Below are positions 63,100 to 64,000 of a stretch of DNA of 64,000 bases, in pieces. Origin of the DNA: Marsupella aquatica (Eukaryota; Plantae; Marchantiophyta); contig OZ316894.1 in NCBI GenBank assembly GCA_973895155.1, positions 2,310,457-2,374,456 on the forward strand. The letters run 5' to 3'. The stretch's first letter is position 1. The number at the start of each line of letters is the position of its first letter. A program made the position numbers and the translations under genes. The notes beneath the pieces were generated by a model. The model was not told the origin of the DNA, did no database searches, and saw nothing but the letters and a program-made list of their open reading frames with translations.

Positions 63100-63310
63100 T
63101 TGTGGAAACTCACGAAGTGCATTACCCTGGAAGGGCACTAAGTCGTCTAAGACGACCTCCAAACACTTGTAAAAGTTAAAAATCTGAAAAGGTTGCAAAG
63201 CCCATCGGACCTCCAAACACTTGTAAAAGTAAAAATTCTGAAAAGGTTGCAAAGCCCATCACCAGATAATGCACTTATGGAGGTGCACCGAGGCAGAGCC
63301 AACTGTAGCG
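63100..63310 (-). pseudogene. Possible leucine-rich-repeat gene relic containing a 55-bp tandem duplication
   Basis: The minus strand gives LQLALPRCTSISALSGDGLCNL.. and, after frameshifts, FxFYKCL / LRRLSALP, similar to plant NLR-type LRRs (LxLxxCxxLxxLP). GACCTCCAAACACTTGTAAAAGT...GGTTGCAAAGCCCATC is duplicated at ~63153 and ~63208. Confidence 0.3.
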
Positions 63311-63884
63311 GGGTCCTACCATGAATGATGACGAGGGAACAAACTTTACAAACCCACCGAGGACGCAAACTATGGCTGCCGACAAAATCGGTCAGCCCCC
63401 GGTTGTCTGCCGGCAAGCCCCTTTACAAACGCGGCCCGTCTCCCGAAAGGGAAACCGAAATGATGCTCGGGCAAATGCGGGGCCGCTTGCCATCGGTCTC
63501 TATCGGCAAAAGCTATGGTCCAGGGGTGTCCTGTAGGTGGAGATGGAGCGGAAGCTACGGTTCAGTAGCTGGGTGGACAAGGAGATATGGTTTGATTACG
63601 ATAGCCCAGCGAAGGAGCCGACGAGATGGCGTTGGCGCAGATGCTTAATTGATGACAATGCTGGGTGCGTCCATCACAATTACACTGGGAGCAAACCCTT
63701 TCTTTCCCATTCAGCAGGTACACTCCGATCTCGAAAGCGAGCTGGAGAGATTGAAGAGGCTCCATCATTAAAATTATTCCAGAGCTGCTGGGAAAGGCTA
63801 TCTGAAACTGACTAGTACAAGAAATGGCTACCCTTCCGGGTTCACAATCGGAGCTACTTGTTCGTCCATTTCGAGGACCTCAAA

Positions 63885-63940
63885 CCCTGAGGTGAAGAAT
63901 ACCTTGCAAGTAGGACCCTGAGGTGAAGAACACCTTGCAC
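63885..63940. repeat. ~31-bp tandem duplication
   Basis: ACCCTGAGGTGAAGAAYACCTTGCA occurs twice. Confidence 0.85.
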
Positions 63941-64000
63941 GTTCTATCAACACTACTGCTGTAGATAGTGCGTCGTTGTCACGAGCTGGTTGTCCTGACG

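Noticed and set aside
63430-63480. Hammerhead ribozyme or group II intron domain
   Set aside because: A GAAA-capped stem is present, but there is no CTGANGA core in the right place and no domain V consensus.

Overview
Eukaryotic nuclear DNA from a land plant. It has GT-AG spliceosomal introns of mostly 90-500 nt and AT-rich, TE-laden intergenic blocks. Gene content and style suggest a non-seed plant, probably a liverwort (inference). Seven protein-coding genes can be reconstructed by hand: the last exon of S1FA (+), a giant ~2,500-aa non-RD Ser/Thr kinase (-), an intronless cytosolic SHMT (+), a PGPP1/Gep4-type HAD phosphatase (-), a PLAC8-family gene (+), VPS52 (-, 19 exons) and the kinetochore subunit NNF1/PMF1 (+, 8 exons). 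The window also holds a decayed L1-type LINE, several MITE families and many local tandem duplications. The most notable observations are: (i) two paralogous 100-nt first coding exons that share the downstream exons of the PLAC8 gene; (ii) a U12-type intron in the giant kinase, plus an in-frame upstream ORF and a possibly decayed 3' tail; (iii) a ~14-unit degenerate ~100-bp array with a hairpin-forming core upstream of that kinase; (iv) an EF-hand gene fragment inside a putative TIR element (Pack-type capture). All calls come from reading the sequence and recalling family motifs; no database searches were run.
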